Below, piece by piece: positions 18,901-27,666 of a stretch of DNA of 38,314 bases. The stretch comes from Candidatus Micrarchaeaceae archaeon (GTDB lineage: Archaea; Micrarchaeota; Micrarchaeia; Micrarchaeales; Micrarchaeaceae). The notes under the pieces are model-generated. The model did not search any database, was not told the origin of the DNA, and saw only the letters and a list, made by a program, of their open reading frames with translations. Within the stretch, counting starts at the first letter, position 1, and the number at the start of each line of letters is the position of its first letter. The stretch lies in NCBI GenBank assembly GCA_050013715.1, contig JBEKES010000004.1, positions 1 to 38,314 on the forward strand, given 5' to 3'. The position numbers and the translations under genes are program-made.

Positions 18901-19002
18901 GCCTATGGAACAAACAGAGTATTGATAGCTGGATACTATGCAAACCAGACCAACGCAGCAGGAAATTCATTCATACAGCAGTTGTACGCACAGGCCCAAT
19001 AA
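15997..19002 (+). CDS. S-layer glycoprotein (Methanococcus/Thermococcus-type N- and C-terminal motifs)
   Basis: Signal peptide MKTLSAKRIAAVVTGAALLG; QIVIGSTAQPWDGVTAGNIAAAVG; C-terminal LVVLDS..NLILIGSGYVNSL..VLIAG. Rich in T/S/N/G/Q, with about 23 N-x-S/T sequons counted by eye. Strong terminator follows. Confidence 0.88.
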   Translation: MKTLSAKRIAAVVTGAALLGIGLAFAGPITFQNVPIINNGGQPVVQIVIGSTAQPWDGVTAGNIAAAVGNLAYTSVPVTASVNAAQAQSVLHVSVSSPKYTLSNQQVWLNESGSVGQAAGTYLFSALIGSVLNGAVVLNSPQNTKNLQGTGQYAFPHSTSIAISPLASPYTAAGNPPTGTSITAGSNGGGVSFSSFTLNNNDNIMQITNSQYSGLLSSQGGNSETSYLWLTGYPVFDQGNSGSLVNQFMWMDAAGAVQYTFGSPIQNSISNGQVQINAPIQLLGKNWTIITAVGPSSTVTSSTTVNGGKIQLASSLIPLTTVYVGHNITSGPWTVQLTDLGQPNQNGVSPASLSILYNNVLTNTSSITPGSGTTKFNVTGHTLYVSVNQTFAGLYAYQKWAKIQLYTNVYNISDGKVFNQTTNPGYYVNLLWTNTTSSTAAKAKALQSIIIYNTTPQNLAPGQSFTFIQNPQAIKATFVGDTLGTSQLDSVTLQTSSAGTVQYQSQPGGASANPNNIPGLGITNITEPASELTLTSQIPNAFSYVGQTGTSVLYDLTPYKLTETGNNIQAATASSAATGLAVSNTVVNLNFALGSGGASWISATNPLTVYVYYATAAGGNIQSQSATFTTNTATMVLGTNAFNVTDIKLSRALPPANTFSVTVNAPNANTPANTVLLATLQATGVPGVLYSLTNQNFDALSTTATGNTIYNQQNGQPTNTLVLTQSTTPAGTGSTGIGQYFTFTMGEQPVPSNTVAVDGFTVGIDNSSAGVVASPIFQLNYSVAADNFHSGTKNNATYITNTQGTASTYTVQQGFRTEKGSKLVSITPSLVTFNFAKAQDWLQFVISPANSNTSVTKSYKSYGPYSVGQATNIANVTIGKVSANISLSSTNYSITGINNITATPSVTSASTPVLLSNLTTTPLVVLDSQANPGSNLILIGSGYVNSLSKQLQNSYNITVSPGSQPIVQAYGTNRVLIAGYYANQTNAAGNSFIQQLYAQAQ

Positions 19003-19078
19003 TCGGGCCTTTCTTTTTTCTTTTTCTTTTTTAATTTTTATTTAATTTTCTATTATTTTTCTTTTCCTTGTTTTTTTA
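18992..19078 (+). terminator. Hairpin plus long T-rich tract terminator of the S-layer gene
   Basis: AGGCCC-aataatc-GGGCCT (18992-19010) is followed by about 68 nt of T-rich sequence. Confidence 0.8.
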
Positions 19079-19220
19079 TGCTGCTTGGCATAGCATACGC
19101 TCGCTGCAATTCCAATTATCAATCAAAAGAACCGGAATTTACCTCTGTAAAGTTACGGATTAATTCATTATCTTTATAAACCTTCTCATATAATATTTAA
19201 TGATTATTTTCGGTGTGGCA

Positions 19221-21287
19221 GTGAATAAGAATATTTACCTAATTGCTATTATGTTGTCATTTGCATTGCTCCTAAGTGTGCATGCGGCCAGCTTGAATGG
19301 TTATCTTTCCACTTACCTGCCTAATTCGCTCATAAGCAACTCAAGTTTCTACAATCAATCGTTCAACAGCAATTCCTATGTGGTGATGCAGCTTCCCGGA
19401 GCAAACAACAGGTTCCTTATAATCAGCAATGCCTCAAGCAACTACACCTTTGTAACTGATCCTTTGATAATAAACAACGTGCTAACTCCATTCATAGACG
19501 CAAGGGCCTATCCAAGCGCCGCAACACTCAATTCATTGAATTCATCGATAAGAGAATACATGCAGTACAGCCACGCAAATCTTTCCGATTGCTTGCAGGA
19601 AACAGGACTGAATGCGAATACATGCACTTTCCAGAACAACTGCGTTTCATGCCAATCAATTCCGGTATGCAAGAAAGTTCTTGACGCAATAGGCGGCGTT
19701 AACAGCACCTTCGGACTGGGAATAATGAACATTTCCATTCAATACGGCATTCTTAATAACAGCTACAAGGGATTTGAATCAACGCTTAGCAGCATAAACA
19801 AGAACAACGCAGGAACTGTCGTATCGCAATTATACACGATAACGCAGAACCTAAGCACAGTGCAGAACGAATTCGACGAGAATCCGGTATTTCCTCCACC
19901 ATTCGGCACAAGCTTTGCCGACTGCAACAGCGGAGGAAACCCATTCAACCAACCATGGTACTGCACAGCTGTTGGCTATTGCTACTCTGTGCCTTTCAAT
20001 ACGACAAAACTGAGCAATATACAGGGAACACTCTCAACTTTGGAGGCATCTCTTCCCAGCCAAGCTGGACTTGCCTCGATAAGCGCCAATTCAACTGCAC
20101 TTGCAACCTCATATCTCAATGCCTATACCGAGCAGAAGAACGGAAATTCCTTTAATTCAATGATAAGTGCATTGACTCCCCAATACAATCTAATAGTGAA
20201 TAATTCACAGACGTTGCTGTTGAAATACAACAACGCATCGCTAGGCTCATCAATACAGACTCTAATTATCGAATTCAAGGCAATACAAAAGCTAGGAGTC
20301 AATCAAAGCATAGGCGTTGCGAACAAGACGCTTACTGCACTAATAGCCAATTCAACAAGCATATACAAGAATGCGAATGCAACTTACTATCAGCTTTATG
20401 GAATTTCGCAGAACAATACTGGCACGATACTTGCCGATCAATTAAGCTACGAGCAAGTTCCTTCAAGGCTTGCAAGCCTTGCAAACCAGCAGCAGAATAT
20501 CAATCTTGAACTAGGCAGCAGGATCAATTCAACTCAAATTGCTGCAATACTGCCAACGGCCCAAAGCATAAGAGTGGAATCTGCTGTGTTTGTTGCGCCT
20601 CTTACCATAAGCTATCTGATAAAGGAATTCGATTCCTCGTTCATATATTCAATACTGTCAAATTCGAATTCCTATGCTCCATCAAGAATAGCAAGCGCAC
20701 CCTTATACGCTGCAATAGAATCATTCATAATAGGAATGCTAGTGATTCTTGTAATCTACATAATAACCTATTTCAGGATAATAAGGAAAGGCAAAATGAA
20801 GAACAACAAGAAAATGCAGACCAGATGGATCATAATATTTGTTGCATTGTTCATAATCGTTCTAATCTATACCTATGCGACATATGCCTATGCATCCAAC
20901 GCAAACAACTTCCTTCCATTCAATTATTTCCTCAACAGCGTCAGGACAAACAGCAACGTATATATCGCATTGAATGAAAGTGCCGCTTCCAATGCCTCCA
21001 TAGCCAGCTGCACCAATACATTGCAAAGCTATCTCTCAAAGGCAGGCAAGACAGTACAAACCATAAAGCTGAGCAATTACTCCTGCGTAAGCGGGTCGAA
21101 CATATCCGTATTGGGACTCAACTGCTATGTCGATATATTAAGCGCAGACAAGCCTGTAATACTCATAAGCCAGTCGCAGAACAACGAATTGGTGTACAAA
21201 GGATTATATGGAACTGTGCTATATGCCCAGGGAAGCGTGGCTACGGGAAGCCAGTGCACATTAGCTTCCATATTCAACAACGTATAA
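19221..21287 (+). CDS. Cys-rich exported membrane protein of unknown function
   Basis: Signal peptide, many sequons, two Cys clusters, two TM helices flanking a basic loop, then a C-terminal 4-Cys domain. GGTG-N5-GTG start at 19221. Confidence 0.8.
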   Translation: MNKNIYLIAIMLSFALLLSVHAASLNGYLSTYLPNSLISNSSFYNQSFNSNSYVVMQLPGANNRFLIISNASSNYTFVTDPLIINNVLTPFIDARAYPSAATLNSLNSSIREYMQYSHANLSDCLQETGLNANTCTFQNNCVSCQSIPVCKKVLDAIGGVNSTFGLGIMNISIQYGILNNSYKGFESTLSSINKNNAGTVVSQLYTITQNLSTVQNEFDENPVFPPPFGTSFADCNSGGNPFNQPWYCTAVGYCYSVPFNTTKLSNIQGTLSTLEASLPSQAGLASISANSTALATSYLNAYTEQKNGNSFNSMISALTPQYNLIVNNSQTLLLKYNNASLGSSIQTLIIEFKAIQKLGVNQSIGVANKTLTALIANSTSIYKNANATYYQLYGISQNNTGTILADQLSYEQVPSRLASLANQQQNINLELGSRINSTQIAAILPTAQSIRVESAVFVAPLTISYLIKEFDSSFIYSILSNSNSYAPSRIASAPLYAAIESFIIGMLVILVIYIITYFRIIRKGKMKNNKKMQTRWIIIFVALFIIVLIYTYATYAYASNANNFLPFNYFLNSVRTNSNVYIALNESAASNASIASCTNTLQSYLSKAGKTVQTIKLSNYSCVSGSNISVLGLNCYVDILSADKPVILISQSQNNELVYKGLYGTVLYAQGSVATGSQCTLASIFNNV

Positions 21288-21296
21288 AGTGATAAA

Positions 21297-21881
21297 ATGC
21301 CAAAAGATGCTAAAGCAGCTAAGCCAAAAACTGCGATCAAAGATGCAAAATCTGCAAAAAAAGAAGATACAAAGAAACCGAGCCCTAACCTAAAATATGT
21401 CGCAGCTATTGTGATAATAATCATAATACTTGCCTTTGCTATACTGTTCGCACAAACATCATCAAGCAATAATCAAAATTCTAATTTCTCTGCGTTCAAG
21501 CACAACTTTGAAACAGCTCCAAGAGTTGATATATTCTCAACGGCCTACAATGGAACCGTAGAAAGCGGAACCGTAGGCTGCGCAACCGCAATAATAATAC
21601 AGATAATATCCAACAAGACAAACCACAGGAATGCCAGCACCATAGACTACAACATAATAAACAATACCAAATGCATAAGGAGCGTAGGTTTGGGCAACAT
21701 CAATTCGAGCAAGGTATACAACACAAGCCTTCAGAATTGTTTGAATACGACAAAAGGAGAGCCTACCATCTACATAAACTACAGCAAAACAAACTCGACA
21801 ATAATCAAGCCCAATTACATGTACATATCAGGAACGCAGCTATTCCTTAGCGAATGCGGAGTAGCTTCTCAAATAAGCTAG
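21297..21881 (+). CDS. Membrane-anchored protein with a 4-Cys external domain
   Basis: Lys/Ala-rich N-terminus, one TM helix, and a sequon-rich domain similar to the C-terminus of the upstream protein. Confidence 0.8.
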   Translation: MPKDAKAAKPKTAIKDAKSAKKEDTKKPSPNLKYVAAIVIIIIILAFAILFAQTSSSNNQNSNFSAFKHNFETAPRVDIFSTAYNGTVESGTVGCATAIIIQIISNKTNHRNASTIDYNIINNTKCIRSVGLGNINSSKVYNTSLQNCLNTTKGEPTIYINYSKTNSTIIKPNYMYISGTQLFLSECGVASQIS

Positions 21882-21888
21882 TGTGCCC

Positions 21889-22410
21889 ATGCAAGATGAA
21901 TACATAAAAAGCAAGATAAGGGACATACCTGATTATCCGAAGAAAGGAATACTATTCAAGGACATAACCCCATTGCTCAAGGATCCAGATGCTTTTGCTG
22001 TTTGCATGGAAGAGCTCGCATCGAAACTCGATGGCAAAAGCATAGACTACATAGTTGGAATAGAGGCAAGGGGCTTCATAATAGGGAGCGCACTTGCGTA
22101 TCTATTGAAAAAGGGATTCATTCCCATAAGGAAAGAAGGAAAACTACCTGCTCAAGTGGTAAAGAAAGAATATACACTTGAATACGGAACTTCAACAATA
22201 GAAATACACAAGGACGCGATAGAAAAAGGCAGCAATGTTGTAATTGTTGATGATTTATTGGCAACTGGAGGTACAGCAAAGGCAGCTGCTGATCTTCTAA
22301 CAGAAATAGGTGCAAATATAACTGCAATTGCATTTGTTGTGGAATTATCATTCCTGAACGGAAGGGAAAAACTCTCTGATTATGAAATAATGTCTTTAAT
22401 AAAATATTAG
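21889..22410 (+). CDS. apt: Adenine phosphoribosyltransferase
   Basis: IPDYPKKGILFKDITPLL, GIEARGF, RKEGKLP, LEYG, VDDLLATGGT. Confidence 0.96.
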   Translation: MQDEYIKSKIRDIPDYPKKGILFKDITPLLKDPDAFAVCMEELASKLDGKSIDYIVGIEARGFIIGSALAYLLKKGFIPIRKEGKLPAQVVKKEYTLEYGTSTIEIHKDAIEKGSNVVIVDDLLATGGTAKAAADLLTEIGANITAIAFVVELSFLNGREKLSDYEIMSLIKY

Positions 22411-22415
22411 CCAAT

Positions 22416-22832
22416 CTATTCTCTTATGGCCAATTTCACCGTTCTTGTTTCCATTTTCATACCAATGCTGCACTTTGCAATTCCATACTCTTCCTTTTTA
22501 AGCTCTTTACCTATGTCATTAAAAAATTGTGCTATTTCATCCTGGAAAATGAATCTGTAAACCGAGGCATGCAAAACATTGGTCAATTTTTGTGGATCAT
22601 ACTCTATGTATATGTTTGCAACATGTGCATGATGTTTCTCTCTTGTAATCGGGTCTGTCCTGTCTCTAGTCAAGCCGAATTTACAAGTTTCGATTGCTTC
22701 GGCTTTTTCATTTTCAGTAAGCCTCATTCCATTACTATTTACTATGGCATATCCTCTTGATGCTGCTTCTTTCATTATAAATACTGAACTATTTCTTATC
22801 TGCGATAAATTGCTATTTATTGTTACGTTCAT
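22416..22832 (-). CDS. Hypothetical protein
   Basis: 138-aa ORF filling the apt-aRF1 gap, with its own TATA box and GTGAT motif. No recognisable motif. Confidence 0.6.
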   Translation of the reverse strand: MNVTINSNLSQIRNSSVFIMKEAASRGYAIVNSNGMRLTENEKAEAIETCKFGLTRDRTDPITREKHHAHVANIYIEYDPQKLTNVLHASVYRFIFQDEIAQFFNDIGKELKKEEYGIAKCSIGMKMETRTVKLAIRE

Positions 22833-22882
22833 AATATCACAAATACTGTTATGTTTTCTAATATAAATAGATTACCTAAGTT

Positions 22883-24082
22883 TTATTTCTTGTATCTAAG
22901 CATTGCGGCAATTCCCTGAAATCCCAGAAGAAGCTCATTGCCGTGCTGGCTGTTCGTCGATACGAAAATAGTGTCTATTCCTTTGTTGTCTGCTTCTTCG
23001 ATGAGCGATTCAACAACGTCTTTTTGCTTTATCATCTCAAGTGCTCCATCATCATCGTGCTTGGAGTGCCTGGTGTTTCCCTGCTCTATATATTTAACGG
23101 TCTGGCCGCATTTGCCGCACTTGTATTCAACTTCAGTGAGCTCCACATCCTCGCTTACAAGAAGCTTGGACACATTCTCGTTGTCCATTGCATTCCTCAC
23201 GTTTTTGTATCCGTAGGTAGCTAATCCGTTCCTTGACACTTCATTGAGGAACTTTTCCATAACTGCGCGCTCCTTGACTGCCTCTTGCTGGGATAATACG
23301 TCCTTTGCCTTTTCAAGGAGCTCATTAACTCCGCTATGCTCGTCTACATATCCCGTATCGAAGGTGCCTATCACCTTTATCTGATAATTGAGGTGCTTTG
23401 CCTTTATGAAATTCTCCTTAACTGGGCCCGGTCCTCCGACAAGTAGTCCACTTAATTTGTAGTTGTATTTCGCATACAATCCGTTTATTACATCGGCAAC
23501 GCTTTTGTAGTAATCCTCAATGCTCTCCTCTATTGCACGCTCGTATCTTCCTGCAGATTGGCCTCCTTTCCTTGCCTTGCCCTGCGCGAATGACCTAACC
23601 TTCTTTTCGAGCACAAAATAGGTGCCTTTGAGAAGTCCTACTGTTGCATCACGGCCATCCAATACGACTATCGCATACATGTCCTTCGACTCGAGCATCA
23701 TTTCGAGAGGTTCAAGCAGGAAGCTGGAGTCGCACCTGTATATGTTGGATTTGAGTGGCTGCGGAGGCTCAATGGAAAAAAGCTCAATGTTTGGGTTCGA
23801 TTGCACATTGGATATATTGCCAGCAAAGACGGCAATTCCGTTCTTTGGTGGTTTCTTGTAAAGTCTAAGATATTGTATTATCCTGTCGATTGCACCCTGA
23901 ACGTTCTGCTTCGTGCTCTTCGACTTTATATTTCCCGCCTGGCCGTGCTCTTCCTTGAGTTTGCCTATTTCCTCGCTTATGGGAAAGTCAGGAGGCACAT
24001 ATATGCTGATAAGCTCGGTGCCGGATCCTCTAATTGAGGAAAGCCGTTTAAGCTCTTTTTTAACATCATACTCATTCTTCAA
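22883..24082 (-). CDS. prf1: Peptide chain release factor aRF1
   Basis: GTELISIY, NIKS, YRCD, GGQSAGRY, GIAAMLRY. GGTG-N5-TTG start. Confidence 0.96.
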   Translation of the reverse strand: MKNEYDVKKELKRLSSIRGSGTELISIYVPPDFPISEEIGKLKEEHGQAGNIKSKSTKQNVQGAIDRIIQYLRLYKKPPKNGIAVFAGNISNVQSNPNIELFSIEPPQPLKSNIYRCDSSFLLEPLEMMLESKDMYAIVVLDGRDATVGLLKGTYFVLEKKVRSFAQGKARKGGQSAGRYERAIEESIEDYYKSVADVINGLYAKYNYKLSGLLVGGPGPVKENFIKAKHLNYQIKVIGTFDTGYVDEHSGVNELLEKAKDVLSQQEAVKERAVMEKFLNEVSRNGLATYGYKNVRNAMDNENVSKLLVSEDVELTEVEYKCGKCGQTVKYIEQGNTRHSKHDDDGALEMIKQKDVVESLIEEADNKGIDTIFVSTNSQHGNELLLGFQGIAAMLRYKK

Positions 24083-24093
24083 GCAAACACCAG

Positions 24094-25377
24094 CTATTGT
24101 ATTATCTTCTTGCCCATGTAAGGTACAAGAGCATCAGGAACAGTTATAGTGCCATTCTCATTTGCATAATTCTCTGCGATTACAGTAAGGGCTCTTTCTA
24201 TTGAGATGGCTGTAGCGTTAAGCGTATGCACATATTTGCGCTCTCCTTTTTCATCATATTTTATGTCAAGCCTAGAGCTCTGCCAATCTGTGCAATTTGA
24301 TGCAGATGTTACTTCTCTATACTTCTGCTGGCTTGGGAACCATCCTTCAAGATCTATTTTCTTTGCAGCAACTATTCCTATGTCACCAGTGCACATCTCT
24401 ACTACTCTATACGGAATACCTAGTTGTTGGAATATCTCTTCTTCATTTGCTATAAGTTCATCATACATTTTCCATGAATCTTCTTCTGTACATAAGATAA
24501 ATTGCTCAATTTTGTCAAACTGATGCACCCTAAAGATACCTTTGGTATCTTTTCCATGAGTTCCCGCTTCTCTTCTAAAACAAGGGCTTACACCAGCATA
24601 TTTTATCGGTAAATTATCCTTATAAAACAATTCGCCTGAATGCATCGCAGCCATGGGGTGCTCTGAAGTTGCAACGAGAAACATTTCTTCATCGTCAGAT
24701 TCCTCTTTTTTAGCCTCTTTGGGTGTGCCTGCAGCATAAAGCGAATCCTCAAAATCCCCTAGACCTGTGACTCCTTTGTAGTATTCCCTTTTCATGAGAT
24801 AAGGGGTTTGCAAAGGTGTAAAACCTTTCTTAACAAGCGAATCCAGAGCAAACCTTTCAAGTGATTTTGCAAGAAGCACCAAGTCTCCCTGTAAATAATA
24901 GAAGCGCGCTCCGGCGATTTTTGCAGCTCTTTCTATATCAATTAATTTGTTTTTCTCAAGAAGCTCTACATGGCCTATCGTAACTGTTCTAGGATTGCCC
25001 CATTTCTTGATTTCAATATTTTCTGTTTCATCCTTTCCGAATTTAACGGATTTATGTAGAACATTTGGCATATTCCATAGTAATTTGTCAATTTCTTTCT
25101 CATTTTTCGATACAGTTTTATCTAATTCGTCTATCTGTTCTTTAAGGAATGCAAGCGATTCTATTTTTTCTTTTATCTCATTGCCTTCTTTCTTCAATTC
25201 TCCTACCTCTATGCTTGCCTTGTTCCTCTTGGCCTGAAGCTCCTGAAGCTGCGTTTTCTGCTCTCTCCAAGTCTTGTCTAGGTCAAGCAGCTTATCTATC
25301 GGATAATCGCTCTTCCTTCTGGAAAAAGATTCCTTTATCTCGTCAAGATGGTCTCTTACGTATTTTGTTGTGAGCAT
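24094..25377 (-). CDS. serS: Seryl-tRNA synthetase (standard type)
   Basis: N-terminal coiled coil, GARFYYL, ATSEHP, CFRREAG, GIFRVHQFDKIEQF, SASNCTDWQSSRL, HTLNAT. Confidence 0.97.
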   Translation of the reverse strand: MLTTKYVRDHLDEIKESFSRRKSDYPIDKLLDLDKTWREQKTQLQELQAKRNKASIEVGELKKEGNEIKEKIESLAFLKEQIDELDKTVSKNEKEIDKLLWNMPNVLHKSVKFGKDETENIEIKKWGNPRTVTIGHVELLEKNKLIDIERAAKIAGARFYYLQGDLVLLAKSLERFALDSLVKKGFTPLQTPYLMKREYYKGVTGLGDFEDSLYAAGTPKEAKKEESDDEEMFLVATSEHPMAAMHSGELFYKDNLPIKYAGVSPCFRREAGTHGKDTKGIFRVHQFDKIEQFILCTEEDSWKMYDELIANEEEIFQQLGIPYRVVEMCTGDIGIVAAKKIDLEGWFPSQQKYREVTSASNCTDWQSSRLDIKYDEKGERKYVHTLNATAISIERALTVIAENYANENGTITVPDALVPYMGKKIIQ

Positions 25378-25490
25378 AATATGCACTTATGAATACTATC
25401 TTTAGCCTCTAAAAGAATATAAAGTATGTGTTTATGCCAACGAGAAAATACAGATATATATTTAACACTTAAAAACAAAACAGAATCAAT

Positions 25491-25576
25491 GCAGGGATAG
25501 CAAAGCTTGGCCAAATGCGACGGGTTTAGGGCCCGTTCCCTTAGCGGGTTCGAGAGTTCAAATCTCTCTCCCTGCA
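25491..25576 (+). tRNA. tRNA-Leu(UAG), intronless, CCA not encoded
   Basis: Acceptor stem GCAGGGA/TCCCTGC plus discriminator A. Anticodon stem ACGGG/CCCGT with loop TTTAGGG (TAG at 25527-25529). Long variable arm. T-arm GAGAG-TTCAAAT-CTCTC. Confidence 0.95.
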
Positions 25577-25743
25577 CATATTTACATAATATATACTGCA
25601 ACACAAATACAACTACAACAACAAGAACAACATTGCATACTACTTCAATACTTACAACTATCATATATCAAACACCTGCTTCATCTTCCTCTATAATAAC
25701 ACAAATAGGGAATTTCTTCCAAGGGTTGTTTAAAAACCTGTAA
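25577..25743 (+). pseudogene. Orphan 3' fragment of a Thr-rich surface protein gene
   Basis: Reads ...NIYCNTNTTTTTRTTLHTTSILTTIIYQTPASSSSIITQIGNFFQGLFKNL*. No canonical start codon downstream of the tRNA. Confidence 0.45.
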
Positions 25744-25773
25744 AATCCTTTTTATTGTATACTTACTGATTAA

Positions 25774-26283
25774 ATGAGCAGAATAGTTCATAGGAATAGA
25801 CTTTGGAGCGTAGAAGAGTTCGATGTTCTGATAAAGAATAGACGTTCAAGAATGTATAAGATAATCAGCCCGAATACTGTTACTATACTTCCAATAGCCA
25901 ACAATGGCAATATAGTTCTAGAAATGCAGTATAGGCCAGCGATAAACAAAATCATATATGAAATTCCTGCAGGCCACATTGACAAGGGAGAATCGGCATT
26001 GCACGCTGCAGTTAGGGAAGTTGAGGAGGAAACCGGCTTCAAGGCAAACAAAATGACATTGCTAACTTATTTTTATCCAAGTCCTGGAATTCTTAAAAGA
26101 AAAGAGTTCCTTTTTCTTGCGGGAAAACTTACAAAAGGAAAATTAGCATTAGAAGACGATGAAATAATAAAGACAAAGGAAGTTACCTTGAAAAAAGCAC
26201 TTGCTCTTATAAAAACAGGAAAAATCGTTGATGCAAAGACAATTATCGGAATTCTTTATTATAAGAATTATCTTTCAAAATGA
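25774..26283 (+). CDS. Nudix hydrolase (ADP-ribose pyrophosphatase-like)
   Basis: QYRP, Nudix box EIPAGHIDKGESALHAAVREVEEETG, YPSPG, DAKTIIG. Confidence 0.92.
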   Translation: MSRIVHRNRLWSVEEFDVLIKNRRSRMYKIISPNTVTILPIANNGNIVLEMQYRPAINKIIYEIPAGHIDKGESALHAAVREVEEETGFKANKMTLLTYFYPSPGILKRKEFLFLAGKLTKGKLALEDDEIIKTKEVTLKKALALIKTGKIVDAKTIIGILYYKNYLSK

Positions 26284-26289
26284 TATATC

Positions 26290-27666
26290 ATGTATAAACT
26301 TAAACGCACGCTTAATTTATTGGACGTACTTATGATAAATCTGGGTGCAATGATAGGCGCAGGGATTTTCGTAATAATAGGAATCTCGATAGGTATTGCA
26401 GGACCATCTGTAATCTTCTCAATAATAATTGCTGGTATAATTGCACTTCTCACTGGGCTTAGTTTCTCAGAAATTGCTCTTCATACTTCAAAAGAAGGTG
26501 GTGTATATGAATATGCCAAAGATGCACTTACTCCATTCTCTGGCTTCATAGGCGGCTGGGCATGGATGTTTGCGAATATGATAGCACTTTCCGCTATTCT
26601 CTTAAGTTTAGGTAGTTACATAAACTTCTTTCTCGGTACAATGATACCTGTTATATACTTTGCAATACCTGCACTTCTTCTCTTCATGATAATAAACATA
26701 CTTGGAATGAAGAATTCCTCAAAGACAATAACCTTTCTTGTTATTGTTAATATTATAATACTTGTAATCTTTGTTGCTGTTGGTGCATTCTTTTTCAAGA
26801 CCTCTAATTTAACTCCTTTTCTACCCAATGGGTTAAGTGGAATACTTGGAGGAACCGCAATAATATTTTTTGCATTTACTGGCTTCTCAAGAATAACTAC
26901 TGTGTCTGGAGAGATAAAAAATCCAAAGAAGACAATACCTAAGGCGATAATACTTTCGATAATAATATCCACTTTTCTCTACATTGCCGTTGCCACTGTC
27001 GCATTGGGAATGCTCAACTACACAAAACTTGCTACTTCCTTCTCGCCATTGTCTGCGGCCATAGCCGTTGCAAACAACAAGATTCTCGATGCCATAATAG
27101 CAATAGGAGGAATAATCGCTCTTGCCGGTGTGGCATTCACAGGAATACTTGGCACGTCGCGCGTTCTTTTTGCAATGGGGCGAGACCACGAGATGCCCAA
27201 ATCCCTTGGCAGGATAGACAGGTTCTCAACGCCAATAAATGCGATACTTGTTGTCACTGCAGTTGCAATAATCTCAATGCTTCTTATAAAATTCTCCACA
27301 ACAATAGAGATTTCCAACGCAGGATTGTTAACAGCCTATGCAATAATAAACCTAGCTGCGCTGAACCTTTTCCTTAACAGAAGAAGGAACAAGAGCAGGA
27401 AAACCAATTCCATAAGCGACAGCAAATATTTTCCGATAATACCTGTGCTTGGTTTCTTCACAATTCTGGTCGTATTGAGCTATCTGAGCATTCAAAGCCT
27501 TTATGTGATGATGGTGATACTTGCGGTAGGTGTTGTCTACTACATATTCAAGAATTCGAAGGTAATTGCCGGTATCCAGAAGGCAATGGGTAGAGAGACA
27601 CCAACACGCAGCATTGTGAGGGAATTCGGAAGCAGCAGAGATGTTCCTTCAAAAAGGTCAGATTGA
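26290..27666 (+). CDS. APC-family amino acid permease
   Basis: About 12 TM segments; GAMIGAGIF, EGGVYEYA, FFAFTGF, EIKNPKKTIPKAI, SRVLFAMGRD. Confidence 0.92.
   Translation: MYKLKRTLNLLDVLMINLGAMIGAGIFVIIGISIGIAGPSVIFSIIIAGIIALLTGLSFSEIALHTSKEGGVYEYAKDALTPFSGFIGGWAWMFANMIALSAILLSLGSYINFFLGTMIPVIYFAIPALLLFMIINILGMKNSSKTITFLVIVNIIILVIFVAVGAFFFKTSNLTPFLPNGLSGILGGTAIIFFAFTGFSRITTVSGEIKNPKKTIPKAIILSIIISTFLYIAVATVALGMLNYTKLATSFSPLSAAIAVANNKILDAIIAIGGIIALAGVAFTGILGTSRVLFAMGRDHEMPKSLGRIDRFSTPINAILVVTAVAIISMLLIKFSTTIEISNAGLLTAYAIINLAALNLFLNRRRNKSRKTNSISDSKYFPIIPVLGFFTILVVLSYLSIQSLYVMMVILAVGVVYYIFKNSKVIAGIQKAMGRETPTRSIVREFGSSRDVPSKRSD

Noticed and set aside
19011..19078. T-rich tract as a microsatellite or phase-variation site
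   Set aside because: It is irregular, non-coding and directly follows a hairpin at a gene end, so a terminator explains it better.
25356..25743. ORFs 25507..25743 (+) and 25356..25664 (-) as complete genes
   Set aside because: Both run through the well-formed tRNA-Leu. Only the part downstream of the tRNA looks protein-like.
27658..27666. Short convergent 3' overlaps (also 2721-2732) as antisense regulation
   Set aside because: Overlaps of 9-12 nt are ordinary in compact genomes, and there is no further evidence.
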